Positions 43,049-58,260 of a stretch of 64,000 nucleotides of DNA are shown one piece after another. The DNA is from Octopus vulgaris. Taxonomy: Eukaryota. The stretch is from positions 12,462,001 through 12,526,000 of the forward strand of contig OX597820.1 of the NCBI GenBank assembly GCA_951406725.2, given 5' to 3'. Position numbers and translations under genes: made by a program. The notes beneath the pieces are model-generated. The model was given only the letters and a program-made list of their open reading frames with translations, ran no database searches and was not told the origin of the DNA. Every line of letters starts with the position of its first letter. The first letter of the stretch is position 1.

Positions 43049-43364
43049 ATCATTCACGCATACATCACAAATACAAAAGTTTATCGTATCAATAACTTTT
43101 CCTAATATATTTATCATGTTTCTATTCATTTATCTAATATCACAGTTACAGTATGTGACAATTTCCAAGGGTCCAGTAATTCGTGGTAAGTTTCATATAT
43201 CATCCCATTTAACGAATAGGGACCTATTCTTTTGTCATATGTAACAATGGTATCATTTAATGTCAGTAATATCCCTTCCCTGCCATTACCCTTGTTGCTT
43301 AGTTTTCCCTCGCTCTGGTGTTGGTATTAAAATTGAATTATCCCAAGCAATAGAATATATGTAC

Positions 43365-43527
<163 letters not shown>

Positions 43528-44861
43528 TATATATACGTTCATGTAATTATGGCTGACTTTGTATGCATGTATTTTATGTTTAAATTTTTATATGTTGGAA
43601 AGTCTGTTTATGTTTCCATTATTTTTATTTATATTTATTTTCATTATTTGGATATTACATATTTATTTTAATAAGTTGATTTTCAGCTAAAAATAACGAA
43701 GATTAAAGTATACGGAGATAATGCCACGAAATAATTTTCCGATAAAAATTTTTATTTATCGTATATTTTATATAAACTAGTAAGCATCTGAATTAGTAAA
43801 AATATAACGGTATTTGAATACTTATGCATTGCAATATATATTCAATATGTAGTTTTGAATATCTATATTGGTTTACAAAGTGTTTATTTTTTATAGAAGA
43901 AATATAACTAAATTATCTCAGAATCAGCGAAGAGGGTTTGAAGCATTTTCGCTAACGTTCTTCATGAGTTAAAGATGTTTGAAATCATTATACAATTATT
44001 AATTCTGTTTCTTTATACGTTCAGTTAATTTATTTAAATTTTTAATCATTATTTTTCTTTATTTACAATCTGATTTTTTGTACCAACAGTTTTAATTTTA
44101 TATTTATGGAAGTCAAATTAACTTACACAGGAATTCCATAGTTGAATGCTCGTTGTATTTTAGTATTAAAATACTGATTTAACAACAAAACTAACCCATT
44201 TAATTTCATTATTTAAGTGTAATTTCAACCGATTTTTTTTTCAGTTATGTCGACAAGTTATTCAATTACTTTCGGCCGATACTAACACTTTTCCCATACA
44301 TAATCTTGATTATTCGAGTAAATAATTTTTGCTAACACATTTCAGCATTTCATTGACTAATGCATGTCTGTAACTTAGTAGATAAAGATATTGAATAATT
44401 CACTAATAACTATGATTTCCAACATAAGGACGATATTTGGAAGTTTTGTGGCGAGATATTTACAAATGTTCGTAACTTCTTCGAAGGCATTATAGAAGAA
44501 ATATTACTTAAAGTGGAAAGGGAATGCCTATCGAAGAAAGCGTGTATTACATTTACTATCTGAGGCTTAGGTTATTGTATATTATGTGTGCAACACGTCG
44601 CTAGAAGTCCTTATAGAAATCAGTAAAACTCGATGTATGCTTTAATTATAATTCTAAAGCAAATTCATCGAAATCTTACAGCTATACTTAAGCAAAACCA
44701 AACTATATTACCAGTATATTTGTAAGTAGTGTTTCTCCAACATATATATCATTTAAAAAGCAATGATAATATTTAAAATATTTGTCACATAGTTTTCTTT
44801 TTAATTCTTAGAAATATATCAAATATACATACACACATATACACACACACATATATATATG

Positions 44862-45372
44862 TACGAGATCTCATCACTAAGTATCTGGACTGTTGCTATA
44901 GTAACGACACTAAACCACGCAGAATGAAACCGCTTGGCACAGATGGACATTCCCCTCTGCTGTGCATGTGCATTGAGTGTTAAGGTTCTAGCTCACTTCC
45001 GCTGTTTACAGCAGTGCTTCGAAATAACGTGTGGTCGTCTCATTGACCATGACAGAGACAGTTGTTCTGGCAATACCTGCTCAGAGGCAGAAGGTGTATC
45101 GAGATGAGTGTATTAGCCGCATACAGATGTACGAGTGGTTCAAGCGTATCCAAGATGGCCGAAAAATATCGATATTGGCGAAAGTTCTGAGAGATATGCA
45201 ACCAGCAGAACTGAGACTAACATCACAGACGTGCGTGCAGTTCTGAGGGGAAATCATCGAATCACCATCCGTGAGTGATCAGAGGATGTACAGATTAGTT
45301 ACGGTTCAGTCCATTATCACTGAATATTTTGGCATATGACGCGTGTCTGCCAAGTTTGTGCCAAAAATGGCA
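44862..45372 (+). mobile_element. Decayed mariner element, 5' end and HTH DNA-binding region
   Basis: TA followed by a cgag...agtatctggact TIR-like end. Peptide remnants VYRDECISRIQMYEWFKR..DGR, NHRITIRE, ISYGSV and RVSAKFVPK. Confidence 0.85.
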
Positions 45373-45472
45373 CTCAGGTCTCAGTCATTCTGTGTCAAGC
45401 GGTTTCACTCTGCGCGCTTTAGCTTCTTTGTTGTGGCAACAATCCGGATACTTATTGATCAGATCACGTATG

Positions 45473-45504
<32 letters not shown>

Positions 45505-46236
45505 TATATACATACACATACATACATGTATATACATATATATCTTCATATATATACATATATATAAATCTCTTCATATATCTATATGTATGTGTATATA
45601 TATATTTATATATGTATGTATAGGTATGTATATCAGATTAGTCACTAAGCCTAATCTTGTTTTTATCTACTTTCAGTAAACATATCTACATCATACGTCA
45701 TTCTGTTTTCTTATGTTTTATTTTGTCATCTTTCAGTTAACCTTATTTTTTACAAGGGCCTTTGCTTTCATTTATTCTTGCATTTTATGTTATCGTTTGG
45801 CAGCAATTATCTACTCTCCAACGTACATGGAACATTGGCTTTTCTTCTGATAATCTTCATTTTCATCTGCAGTTCGAAGAGTAACCAAGAATATCTTCAT
45901 ATGCGCCACTTGTAATTATAATTGAAAAGCTGTCTCTTTAATTCCTTTACTTCCATCTTTCCTTCCCTTAAATTTTAATTTTATTGTGGACTTACGGACT
46001 TCAGTACATAAATTTCTTACTCGCCAACTGTATATATACAAAAATACATATATGTGTGCGTATGTATGTAGATATATAGGTGTCTGTGTGTTTATGTGTG
46101 TGTATGTGTTAGTTATGTTATGTTCTGTTAAGAACGTAGAAAGTACCTTCAGATTTCACCGTGCTACCCAATAATAGTATTATACTTGCTTCAGATTTGC
46201 ATATGGGCTTCTGTAGTTTATGAATAAGTAATTGCA

Positions 46237-46732
46237 TAAGTTAGTGTCAACAAAAGGGAGTACAGTTGCAATCACTACAATTGTTTCCACGCAACGTAGT
46301 TCTCTAGTCTTGCAGGTATTTGTTTATGCAATCGTTTCCCTACATTATGAGATCTAGCTGTGTTTTCTCATGCAATATATAAATATTGCCTCCATAAATT
46401 CAAATTCTCAGCTTCAACAGCATCCTATGTATATGTCGTGGTCAGTGGTTAGTAGTAGTCACTGAGTATATCAAGAGATGTGTTGTTGCTGAATGTCCTT
46501 TGGCAAACTGCAGCCAAACTGACATAGCAATAGGATGCACTTGAAGCCGAGAATTTGAATTTACGGAGATAATATTCATATGTCATTTCAGGAAACACAA
46601 CTAGATCTCATAGTGTAGGAAACTGACTACATAACCAAATACCTGCAAGCCTAGGGAACTGCGTTGCATGGAAAGGTTGTAGTGATTGCAAATAAATGTC
46701 CAACCCTACTCCTTCATGTTGACTCTAACTTA
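46237..46732. mobile_element. Foldback or MITE-like element with ~195-bp imperfect inverted arms
   Basis: ataagttagtgtcaaca...cttgcaggtatttg...tgagatctag...aaattcaaattctc...gcatcctat is mirrored in 46529-46732. Confidence 0.85.
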
Positions 46733-47811
46733 TATATATATATATGAATGTTTATGTAAATGTATGTATGAAGTGTGTCTCTTTGTAGCTCTGTGCCCTC
46801 CCCATTCAATGATCGATTGTTTTACTCCTCAGCTACTCATCGAACAAGGTCGATAATACCAAAGAAATAATATAGGGTGGTTTCTTCGACTAAAAGTTTG
46901 GGATGGAGTGTCCCAGTGCAGCCACAGTGAAATGACCGACGAGTAAAAGATAAAAGATAGATGCATGTGTGTGTCTGTGTGTCTGTGTGTATGTGTGTGT
47001 GTGTGTATGTGTGTGTGTGTGTGAGAATATGTGTGTGTGTTGTATTTATGTACGAGTGTTCGTCATTCTCCTTTTGCTCCCTATCAAAAGTGCTTCCACC
47101 ATTTCCCTTATTATCAAATCCCTCCTCCGATGTTTTCGATGTCATACAAAAATATCGCATTCTGTATATTTTTCTGCTTATCATTTTCTCTATATATAAA
47201 TTCCTAATCTATATTACAATTTTACTTCTCTAGCTCCCTACTCTTACTATCACTCGGAGTATCTTACCTCTCTGTTTATTCCGTCCTTTTTATGTTTTAT
47301 TCCCCGCTCAATTGAATAACACGATTGAATAACTTTCCCTCTTCACCTGATATACTGTCAGTGAGCGTCTTTATATATTTTTTATTTAATCCAGCTCGTA
47401 ATTAATTCTCTGTTCTAATTTTTGATTGTCAGACGATGTTTTCTTCTTCCAATTTACTGGAGCTTGACAGAAAGAGATAGAGCAGCAAAAGGAATTTGAC
47501 ACGGGGCTTGGCTTATACACACCCATAGACATACACAACTACACATTACACATACGCGCACAAGTATTTATGTATGTATACGTGTCTGCGTATTCACGCC
47601 AACACTATCACTACATACAGTAATCCTAAACCTTACCCTAACCTTCTTTCATAGTACTTGCACTTAACTGAATAGACACGGGAATTGGCTGTGTATATGC
47701 ATACACACACACATACGTATAATACGTATACACACATCATTTAGAAACACGTGTACAACGACAAAAGTAAACCTCATTATATATAGAGATATATAGATAG
47801 ATAGATAGATG

Positions 47812-47852
<41 letters not shown>

Positions 47853-48409
47853 GTAGATAGATAGATATATAGATATACAGAGACAGACGGGTATCATATG
47901 CCTGTGTATTCGTTTCAATATATGACTAAATTGTTTATTTGTTAGACACTTCACAACTGGTTAACAGGAGACCGATATTAAACGAGAAGTAACAAACTTT
48001 GTGATTAAAATATGCACAGTTAAAATTAGTTTCGGCCACTATCCTCTCACTTTCCTCAAACAGGAAGGTTGCGCCATGCATGGTAGCTGTCCAAAAACTG
48101 GTATATCCAAAGTTATGAACCAATATCTTGCATAATATGTTGGATGTTATCTTTAAATTGTGTACAAAAGGCAATCAACAGTGTTTTACACACCTGAAGG
48201 TACTTTATTCTGATTAACAGCAGTATTAGCAGAAATCAATCGTACCTTTATTAGTTGTGTATCGATATGATACATTTTGTGGTGCAATTCTGTAAATGTA
48301 ACTTGCTTATTGAAAACTATCCAGTGGTATGTCGCCTTTTGTAAAATATGCGCGTCAAATTTCTCATAATTGAATGGCGTAAAAGAATTATTATTATTAC
48401 TATTACTAT

Positions 48410-48956
48410 TGAGTGAGAGAGTAGTGCATGCAATCAAAGTGACACTGGGGTATAATATACGAAGTCCATTATACCCGCCATGACTACCCACTGATAAAGG
48501 TACACCAGGTACTTGCATCACAAACATATGTGTACGGCATAGTGATCTCATATCAACATAAACAGTGCACGACTTTGCAGGTGGGGACCAGCTAGAAATT
48601 CCTTCAGGGCGAGTAGCCCATCCCGCTCAAAAGGTCCCTGAATATGGGTTGTTTAAAGATGTTGAACGAAACACCCACCATTCCAGAGATGAATTATTCA
48701 AACCTCAAAGAATTCCTCTCAACAAATGGCTATGATACTTCCTATCTACTTCTGTCCGTGATCAGAGATACACATATGGTCAACCAGTAAGGGGCATACT
48801 CAACTGGTTAAGGTCAAGCAACTGACAAGCAAATCTGTGATGTTAAGCAGAATATTTGCTGTAGTCCAACTTCTATACCAGGACGAAAAATGTACATGAT
48901 AACACTTCTAAGATTAGAAGCCATGCAAGCCACTGCCTGGTACTGCATCAGGGCAT
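48410..48956. mobile_element. ~550-bp non-coding interspersed repeat inserted in trinucleotide tracts (copy 1)
   Basis: Colinear with 55501-55862 and the reverse complement of 56672-57314. Ends are tgagtgagag... and ...cagggcat, each abutting (ATT)/(TAC) runs. Confidence 0.85.
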
Positions 48957-48960
48957 ATAT

Positions 48961-49029
<69 letters not shown>

Positions 49030-49094
49030 CACTACCACCACCACCACCACCACCACCACCACCACCATAATCATCATCATCATCATCATTATTT

Positions 49095-51110
49095 TTACCT
49101 TTTCACAGCTTCTAACGCTGGAGATGTATTACAGTGTCAGCTGTTCACTACCAGTGAACTAAGGTAACGCCTCTTATTTTTCGAGTACCTTCCGGAGTAT
49201 TCGAGCAGTTCCAAGCAGTGTTGTTTTCTGTAAGTGCTCCACCTTTATTGCAGCCCCTATTTGTTCTATGTACTTCTCAAGATTTTTACACACTGTTTCC
49301 AGGGCTCCGATAATTATTGGCACTACTACCACTTTTTTCATTGACCACAACTGCTTAACCTCCCAAGCAAACCTGTCATATCTATCGACTTATCTTTCCT
49401 CCTTATCGTATACCTTGTTGTCAGCTGGACATGCTATATCTATGATCCAGCGTACTTTGCTTTCTTTCTCAATTAACACTATGTCTGGCTTCCCATTCTC
49501 TGTCTCATGGTCGCACTGAATCCTACAATCCCACAGGATCTTTGCATTATAATTTTCGATGATGCCTTCGGGTTTATGGCCGTACCAATATTTTGCTCTG
49601 TCAAGTCCATACTTGTAGCAAAATGTCCAATAGACAAGCCTGGCTATATTGCCGTGGCGTCTCTTATATTCCTTCTGGGCTAGTGGCGTACATTGAATGG
49701 TAATATGTCACACAGTTTCACTATTTTGTCGACAAATTCTGCACTTATCACTTTCTGATGTGTTGTCTATTCTGTATTTTATGTAATTTGTTCGTAGTGC
49801 CTGCTCTTGAGCAGCACAGATTAGAGCCCCCGTTTCCGGTTTTAAATCACTTTAATCATCCACAGCCATATTTTTTCTGTTTGTCTTATCTTCAACATCC
49901 CTATTTTCAGTTTCATTTGATTTCAATTGCTTCTACGGTGCTTTATCTTTGAAATCTTTCATCCTATACAAGCCTTCTTGCTTCTTATAATAGCGGTTCT
50001 GTGGCATTTGTTTTTACATACCGTGCTATGTTGTTTTCTTCTGCTCTAATGCTGTGTTCACATGCAATAAGTCCTCTTCTCCGGTTTTACTTGGTACATA
50101 CAGCCAGTCTGTGTCACTTTTTAGGTGGAGTGACCCATATCTAGTTAGCAGCTTCCTTGTCTTTCTGTCTAAGCTGTTTAGTTCGTCTACTATCCTTGCG
50201 ATTACCCCTGCTCCATATCTAAGGAGTGGAACCTCCTAGGTGCTCATAGCTTCAATCTTATTCCGCCCGTTTAATTTCGACTTAAGGATCAGGCACAGTC
50301 TGCGTAATTACTCCACCTTAAATTTTTCTGTCATTTCATTCTTTCTCCATTTATCCATTTCCAATATCCCCAAGTACTTATAGCCCGTCTCTTCTATCTG
50401 CTTCATAACCTCCCCCGACGGTATCGTTAGCCCGTCTAAACATATGATTTTGCCCCTCTTCAAGTCTTGAAGATTTTACCCCTCTTCAAGACTAACACAC
50501 CACATTTTCTCAGTCCGAACGCCATTCTGATATCAGCACTGAAGCTATACTCCGTATCAACAAGGGAACTGACTTGGGATTCATCTTTACCATGAATAAC
50601 AAATGGTTGACTTTTTGTTGACGGCTTTTGAATACATACCCAGCTTTTGCTTTCCTCAGAATCAGTGTTAGTGGTATCAAGCACAGTACAAAGATCAGTG
50701 TGTACAGGCAGTCTCCTTGAAAGATACCACTTCTAATTTCTACCCTCCCTAAACTTCTTCCTGTGCTATCAGGTCCGTCATCCAATTAGCCATGCTTTTT
50801 CCAAACAATAGCTCAACTTTCGATGCAATATCAAATAGGTTCATACATTCCATAATCCAAGAATGTGGTATCATATCTTACATATTACGATAGTCGATTC
50901 ATGGCATGGCCAAGTTACTTCTCCTCCGCTTGCAGTCATTAAGTACAGTTTTGTCTATCAGGAGTTGATCCTTGGTACCTCTACACTTACGCATGCAACC
51001 CTTCTGCTCATGTGGCAGGACTCCATTTTTTCCAGATGTTCGTACATTGACTCTGCGAGTATTCCAGTCAATAAATCTTACATAAGTGGCAAACAGCATA
51101 TCGACCTGTA
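49095..51110 (-). mobile_element. 5'-truncated R4/Dong-like LINE (RT, zinc knuckle, RLE, 3' UTR), pseudogenised
   Basis: [67 protein letters not shown] and IDIACPAD. Bounded by (CAT)n tracts. Confidence 0.92.
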
Positions 51111-51224
51111 ATATCGATCATCATTATCATCATCATCATCATCATCATTATGATTATATGAAAATTCACAGATTATTTTGCTGGGTATGATAGAAAGTGT
51201 CAGCTGTCCACAGCCAGTAGACCA

Positions 51225-51655
51225 AGTTGATACTTGTTTATTAGTTATGCTTTAAGAACCCTGCCAAAAATTCTTGCAATTCCCAGCAATGCTAATTTTT
51301 CAAAGTGTTCTACCTTCACACTTGGACCGATCTTTTTCAGCCATGTTGGTAGTTGAGTGCTGATACTTTAAATTGCACCAGTTACTACTGGTATCACGTC
51401 TAATCTCTTCATTGACAACAACCTTTGTATTTCCCACTTCAAGGCGTCATAGTTGTTTATTTATTTCATTTCTTTCACATTGATCCTGTTGTCACCAGGG
51501 CATGCTCGGTCGTTAACATACATGTTTTTTTCCTTTATTATTCACTACAACAATGTCCGGTTTCCAACGTCTGGCCGGGTGATCGCACTGGTTCACTGCA
51601 TACCACAGCATTTTACAATCCTTTATTTTCGTTGACCTCTTCTGTAGTCTTCTCA
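51225..51655 (-). mobile_element. R4/Dong-like LINE 3' fragment
   Basis: KMLWYAVNQCDHPARRWKPDIVVV plus a terminal ALLGIARIF motif; abuts (ATT)n. Confidence 0.75.
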
Positions 51656-51658
51656 TAC

Positions 51659-52072
<414 letters not shown>

Positions 52073-52092
52073 ATTATTATTATTATTATTAT

Positions 52093-52252
52093 TCAGTAGT
52101 TTTATTTTTATAGCGTGCTTTCACTTCACTACCGAGCGCAGCTCTGTGTACCTTAGGTATGTGCTGTGATTTGTTGTGATGCTCTGATGGTTATTGTATG
52201 GAAAGTGTTCTGCGTAGGATGTGTGCAGTGCCTAGTAGTGCAGTTTTCTGTA

Positions 52253-52255
<3 letters not shown>
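52093..52255 (-). mobile_element. Extreme 3' end and 3' UTR of an R4/Dong-like LINE in (AAT)n
   Basis: Minus strand QKTALLGTAHILRRTLSIQ* followed by a short UTR ending in (AAT)n. Confidence 0.8.
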
Positions 52256-52325
<70 letters not shown>

Positions 52326-53594
52326 TAAGAACTTCACACGTTCTTCAGATTTATGTCACAAACAACACAAGTTAAACAAGTATATTGCGGTATTTTATTA
52401 ACACCGAACATTTTATTTCTATTTGTAAAAATAGAACATGCCATATAGAAATACATCAGACTCCAGAACACGCCATACCAGTTTCGTAAGTGTTAACAGA
52501 CTTGTCGCTGGTAAATTAAACAGCTAAGTAGAAAAGGAAAAAAAAATCCGTCAGACAAAACCAAAAAACAAAATGTTAGTCGTGGGCTAATATAATTTTG
52601 TTTCTATTGGAAAAGACTCAGGATAAATTTCGGTACTTTTACTGTCAATACATTGAAGAATAGCTTTCACCGTTCTTGTCGAAGCAGAGGTTACAGAGTC
52701 ACGAAATGAAAGTGAACTTACACTTGAGAACTAGACCACAATTAATGGCTAGAATATTAATTTTCTTTTATATGTGATTTAGAATATTTGGTGCTTTTTA
52801 AAAAGGGGTACCTTATTGATATTATCTGCATTTCGTCCGGTTTTACTTTCTGAATTCAAATTCCGCTAAGTCGGCGACCAATTGAGATTATCATGACTAT
52901 AACTTATGAAAAGAATATCGATTACATTAGTCTTTAGCGGCTATTTTTTGTATTTCACAGTTTTATATACCAATTTTCTGTGTCTCCAGTATATCCTGCT
53001 TAAATTCTCCCCTCAGTTGTGTGTCTGTGCAGAAGATATACTATTCGGTCCTGTTCATTGAGTCTAAAGTATTTCTATGCTAGTATTTGCCGCAAGCCTT
53101 CTTATATTACTTTCTTTATGTAGCAAGATAATTTTCCTAATGTCACTGTCTTCAGGTTGGTTTAGTCACATTGTCCTCAGCATAATCTCACGCAAATTAT
53201 TTTGCAATAATAGACATTTTTTTAAGGAAATTTTTCTTAACATTAGCATTGTATAACTTGAGGTAGTCCATATACAAAAAATAAATGCTTTTATCCGTTT
53301 TCACTGTTGTTTGATGTGCCAGTTTGAGATGTTAGCTTTAGACAGAAGAGAACTAGATATGGAATCCTCGGAACTTCTCTTTTCCAAGGCATTTAAATAT
53401 TCTGATATGCTTCCTGCTATTCTGGAAACAGATTTTTTCCAGGAGATTATTTACTTCAGGAAAATTAATGCAAATAATCTCTTGTAGGTGTTTAAAAGAT
53501 AAGTTATAGATTCGTAAGTTTTAGGGTCTACAGTTTCTTGATGATGTATTCGTTCCTTTCAATAATACTATATGTCGGGTCTCTCGCTGCCACT

Positions 53595-53969
53595 GTTTTC
53601 TTCGTTTTAGTCATTAGAATGTAGACATGTTTGTGCACCGCCTTAAAGAATTTTTAGTCGGACGACTCTATCCAAATACTTTTCAAAGCCTCGTATTTTT
53701 TCTATCAGACCCATTTGCCGAACCGCTGAGTTACGGGAAAGTAAACATGCCAACATCGGTTATCAAGTGGTGGTGGAGACAAACGTAGACACACACACAC
53801 ACACACACACACACAACGAGTTTCTTTCAGTCTCTAAATCCTCTCACATAGCTTTGGTCAGTCTGAGGTTATAGTACAAGGCACATGTCGAAGGTGGCGC
53901 ATAGTGGAACGGAACCGGCAACCATGTGATAGAGAAACAAGCTTCTTACTGCATTGCCATACCTGCGAC
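53595..53969 (-). mobile_element. SINE family B copy
   Basis: Reverse complement is colinear with 35272-35672. Confidence 0.8.
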
Positions 53970-55067
53970 TGTTGTTGACATTTCATCACAGAATTTGATC
54001 ACAATATTCTCCCAAAGTACAAATCAAAATTCTTATTACGAACCCAGCATCTAACAAGTTTTGAGACGGTAAACCATGATTATATCACGGGCATGAGTAA
54101 AACGAATTAAGTAAATAACAGAATGTGATAAAAAAAAAACCATAGGTCAGTTACAGAGTACTTACCAAAAAGCAATGACAGCAAAAAATGCAAACATTAT
54201 TGAAAAAAAGAGTAGGTAATATCATTGGAGCATACAATGAACTTTTATCGTTTAAAATAATTTATTTTCACTTTTAGATTGTTATGGTTACCATTTGCAT
54301 ATAAATTTCCTATACTTTAATCATCTTATTATAATTTTTTTCATTCATTTGTCATTTTTTGTTTTGTTGGTTCTGTTTTGGTGTTTAGTGTTTTGTATGT
54401 TTCCTGGTTTGGTGTCGCTGAGTTGTGAATCTTTTAACATATGCGTGTTGCCAATATAAGTGCTATCTGATCGGTTTTCACTGTTCGTCACTCGTATTTT
54501 TGTGATATATACTGTTTCTTTTAAATAAGTCGATAAATAAGCATTTAAACAATATCTGCTTTCAGTTAGATACTCTGTTATTTAGCTTAAGACAGTTTTC
54601 CTCTGAAAACATTTTGTAAAGGATATAATAAGGTAGTTTCTGTTTCAATTTGCGCAAATCGACGCAAAACGTCCGTCTCCTTTTGTCGTACTTTTATACC
54701 CCAGATTCCATGTGTGTATGTGTGTGTGTTCCATTTATTAACACTAGGCTAGATAATATGCTTTTTATTTGTATTATTTTTCTATTTCTGCGTGCGACGG
54801 TATTGGATGAGGTCTTAAATATTCTTTTACTGATATTGACTGTGCTACTATTGTTTAGAAAGCCCTGAGATCGAGGACAATTATAAAAAGAATGCACTAA
54901 TCATATGTAGAAATGATCAGTAAAGTTTACAACTGATCTGCAACTATTACACATTCATCTCATTTTTTTCCATTTTCTTGTTTTTTTAACATTGAATACT
55001 TTCGGAATACTCGAGTACATTTCTTGCATGTTAAACGCCACCAGTTTTCTTTTTATTAATCATTTTC

Positions 55068-55500
<433 letters not shown>

Positions 55501-55862
55501 TGAGTGAGAGAGCAGTTAGTGCCATCAAAGTGACACTGGGGGTAAATATTCGAAGCCCGGTATACCCATCGTGGCTACCCATCTGATAAGGGTACACCCG
55601 GCACATGCATCACAACCATCGTGCGTGACAAGGTGACTTCGTATCAAGATAAACAGCACATGACCTTGCAGGTGGGACCCAGTTAAAATTTTCTTGAGGT
55701 TAAGTAGCCCATCCTGCTCAAAAGATCCCTGAATAAGGGTTGTTTAATGATGTTGAACGAATCGCCCATGTTTCCAAAGGTGAATTATTCAAACCCCATG
55801 GAATTCCTTTCAACACATGGCTATAATGCTCCCCAACTATTTCTGTTCGTAATCAGGGGTGC
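55501..55862. mobile_element. 550-bp repeat family, copy 2 (truncated, followed by a SINE A fragment at 55865-56022)
   Basis: Colinear with 48410-48775. Confidence 0.85.
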
Positions 55863-56535
55863 ATTCTGAGTTTTTTATTCTGCGTTTCGATTCCGACGAG
55901 ATCAACGTTACCTTTCATCCTTTCGGGGTCGATAAATTAATTACCAGTGAGACACTGAGCTCGATGTAATCGACTAGCCCCCTCCCCGCAAATTTGAGGC
56001 CTTTTGCTTTTAGTAGAAAGGAGCAATATTTTATATCATAGCGGCTCATTCTGTACTCATCGTAGCCCTGTAAATTTATATTTGTTTTTACCAATTTCGT
56101 CGACGGAAATTCAATCTGCTTTTCAAAATTTTCATTCCTTCTATTTGTAATATATTTAAGAGAAATATTGCCGAGGTCAATTTTGTGTATCTTTCTTTCA
56201 GAATCGCTAAAATATAGTAGCAGTCAAGAACTTGGATCGATATAATCGAATAATCTCCCGCCACAAAATAACTGGACTTGATTCAAAAAGAGAGAAAAAT
56301 AATTATATTTTTCTCAATCTTACGTGTGTCCATTGTTTTAGTTTTGCAGTTTTGTATCACATTGAAATTAATATATGCAATATGGGTCCACTAATCATTA
56401 CCGTGATAAGTTTACGATAAGCCTATGTCTAACTCCCAAAACAGGGGGAAGTGAATATTTGTACCAGAATGATTTTTCTTAAAGCAGATTAGGTATATAA
56501 CTATGTCACAAGTATATTTTGTCAAAATAATAATG

Positions 56536-56598
<63 letters not shown>

Positions 56599-56615
56599 TC
56601 AATAAAAATAATAAT

Positions 56616-56668
<53 letters not shown>

Positions 56669-56671
56669 TAA

Positions 56672-57004
56672 ATGCCCTGATGCAGTACCAGGCAGTGGCT
56701 CTCATGGCTGCTGATCTTAACTGATTGGAAGTGTTATCATGTACATTGTTTTGTCTTGGTATAAAAGATGAGCTACAGCAAATATTCTGCTCAATGCCAC
56801 AGATTTGCTTGTCAGTTGTTTGACCATAACCAGTTGAGCATGTCCCTTAGTGGCTGACGATATGTGCATCTCTGATCACGAGCAGAAGTAGTGAGGGAGC
56901 ATCATAGGCGTGTGTTGAGAGGGTGTGTTTGGGGTTTGAATAATTCACATCCTTAAACAAGTATATTGCGGTATTTTATTAACTGCCTGGTACTACAACA
57001 GGGC

Positions 57005-57041
<37 letters not shown>

Positions 57042-57313
57042 AACAAGTATATTGCGATCAACATCCTTAAACAACCCTTATTCAGGGACCTTTTGCGCGG
57101 AATGGGTTACTCGACCAGAAGAACTTTCTTACTGGGCCCCTCCTGCAAAGTCATGCGCTGTTTATCTTGATATGAGATCACAATGTCGCGCATATATGGT
57201 TGTGATGCATGTGTCTGGTTTAACGTTATTAGACGGGTAATAATGATGGGTATACTGGGCTTCGTATATTTTACCCCAGTGTCACTTTGATAGCAGGCAC
57301 TGCTCTCTCACTC

Positions 57314-57314
<1 letters not shown>
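56672..57314. mobile_element. 550-bp repeat family, copy 3 (opposite orientation, internal complex insertion)
   Basis: Reverse complement of copy 1, flanked by (AAT)n on both sides. Confidence 0.85.
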
Positions 57315-57361
<47 letters not shown>

Positions 57362-57599
57362 TGGCAAAAGTGATAATTTGTCATCTATATTACAGCAGGA
57401 GTTGCGAATATTTTCTTTTTCATATCCCTAAAGCTGAAAGCCATTTAAAGTGTCACACGTGTTACTGCTTCTTCTCTCTCATTCAGGTGGGATTTGTGTA
57501 TATATAGGAGTTCCAGACACGAAGCTATTGAGTATGTAAAAGCAGGTCTCAATGGTTAACTGATTTATTTGTCATCAGAATGTCAGTATTGTTCCTGTT

Positions 57600-58260
57600 T
57601 AGATTCAGAATTTAACTGTTTTGAAGTGTAAACCAATTTCGTTGGAGAATTTTATTACTACGGGTATAATTGGTTTGCTAGTTTTCTTTTAATGCAGCGT
57701 ATACAAGGTTACGAAACGGGTCATTTCAGTTAGAAAGATTGTAGGCAACATTAATGAGTACCTTCTCATATAGTTTCCTGAAGTTTATTTGTCGTCGCCA
57801 TCGTCTCATTTAGAAGATGTACAGCGATTGTCTGTCAGACATATTGAATACAATGAATTTATTTTAATAGACAACTCGTTTTGCGGTCTGTGACAATTTA
57901 TGAGCTTTCACTGTATGCGTGTTAATGGCGAAAAGAGGTTTCTTGCTTTTGAGATGAGAACTTTTATTTTCTTTTGACTCTCATGAAAATGTGTTTCTCA
58001 TTGTTTCTTATACTCTTCACACACAAAATTTTACAATAATCTATCCCCAAATACGGGTAAAATACCGAGTGGTCCAAATTATCGATGTCGGTTCATTAAA
58101 TTTACGATTCATCTCTTCAACTTTGAAAACTCATTTATTATCAATTTCATGTATGTTGCTACCCAGAAGACATTTTAATGTCCGTGCTAAAACGCTAGCC
58201 GATACTTAACAAACTATTTTGCTGGCCTGTGCACTATCCCTATTTAGTACTTTTAAATAA
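57600..58260 (-). mobile_element. Highly decayed RTE-like RT fragment
   Basis: Faint order of RT motif remnants (ESQ, LYAA for YADD, IGLHFKTVK) on the minus strand. Confidence 0.35.

Noticed and set aside
54166-54235. Minus-strand signal-peptide-like exon ending at gtaagt
   Set aside because: The hydrophobic frame is closed by a nearby upstream stop and has no clear acceptor; insufficient evidence.
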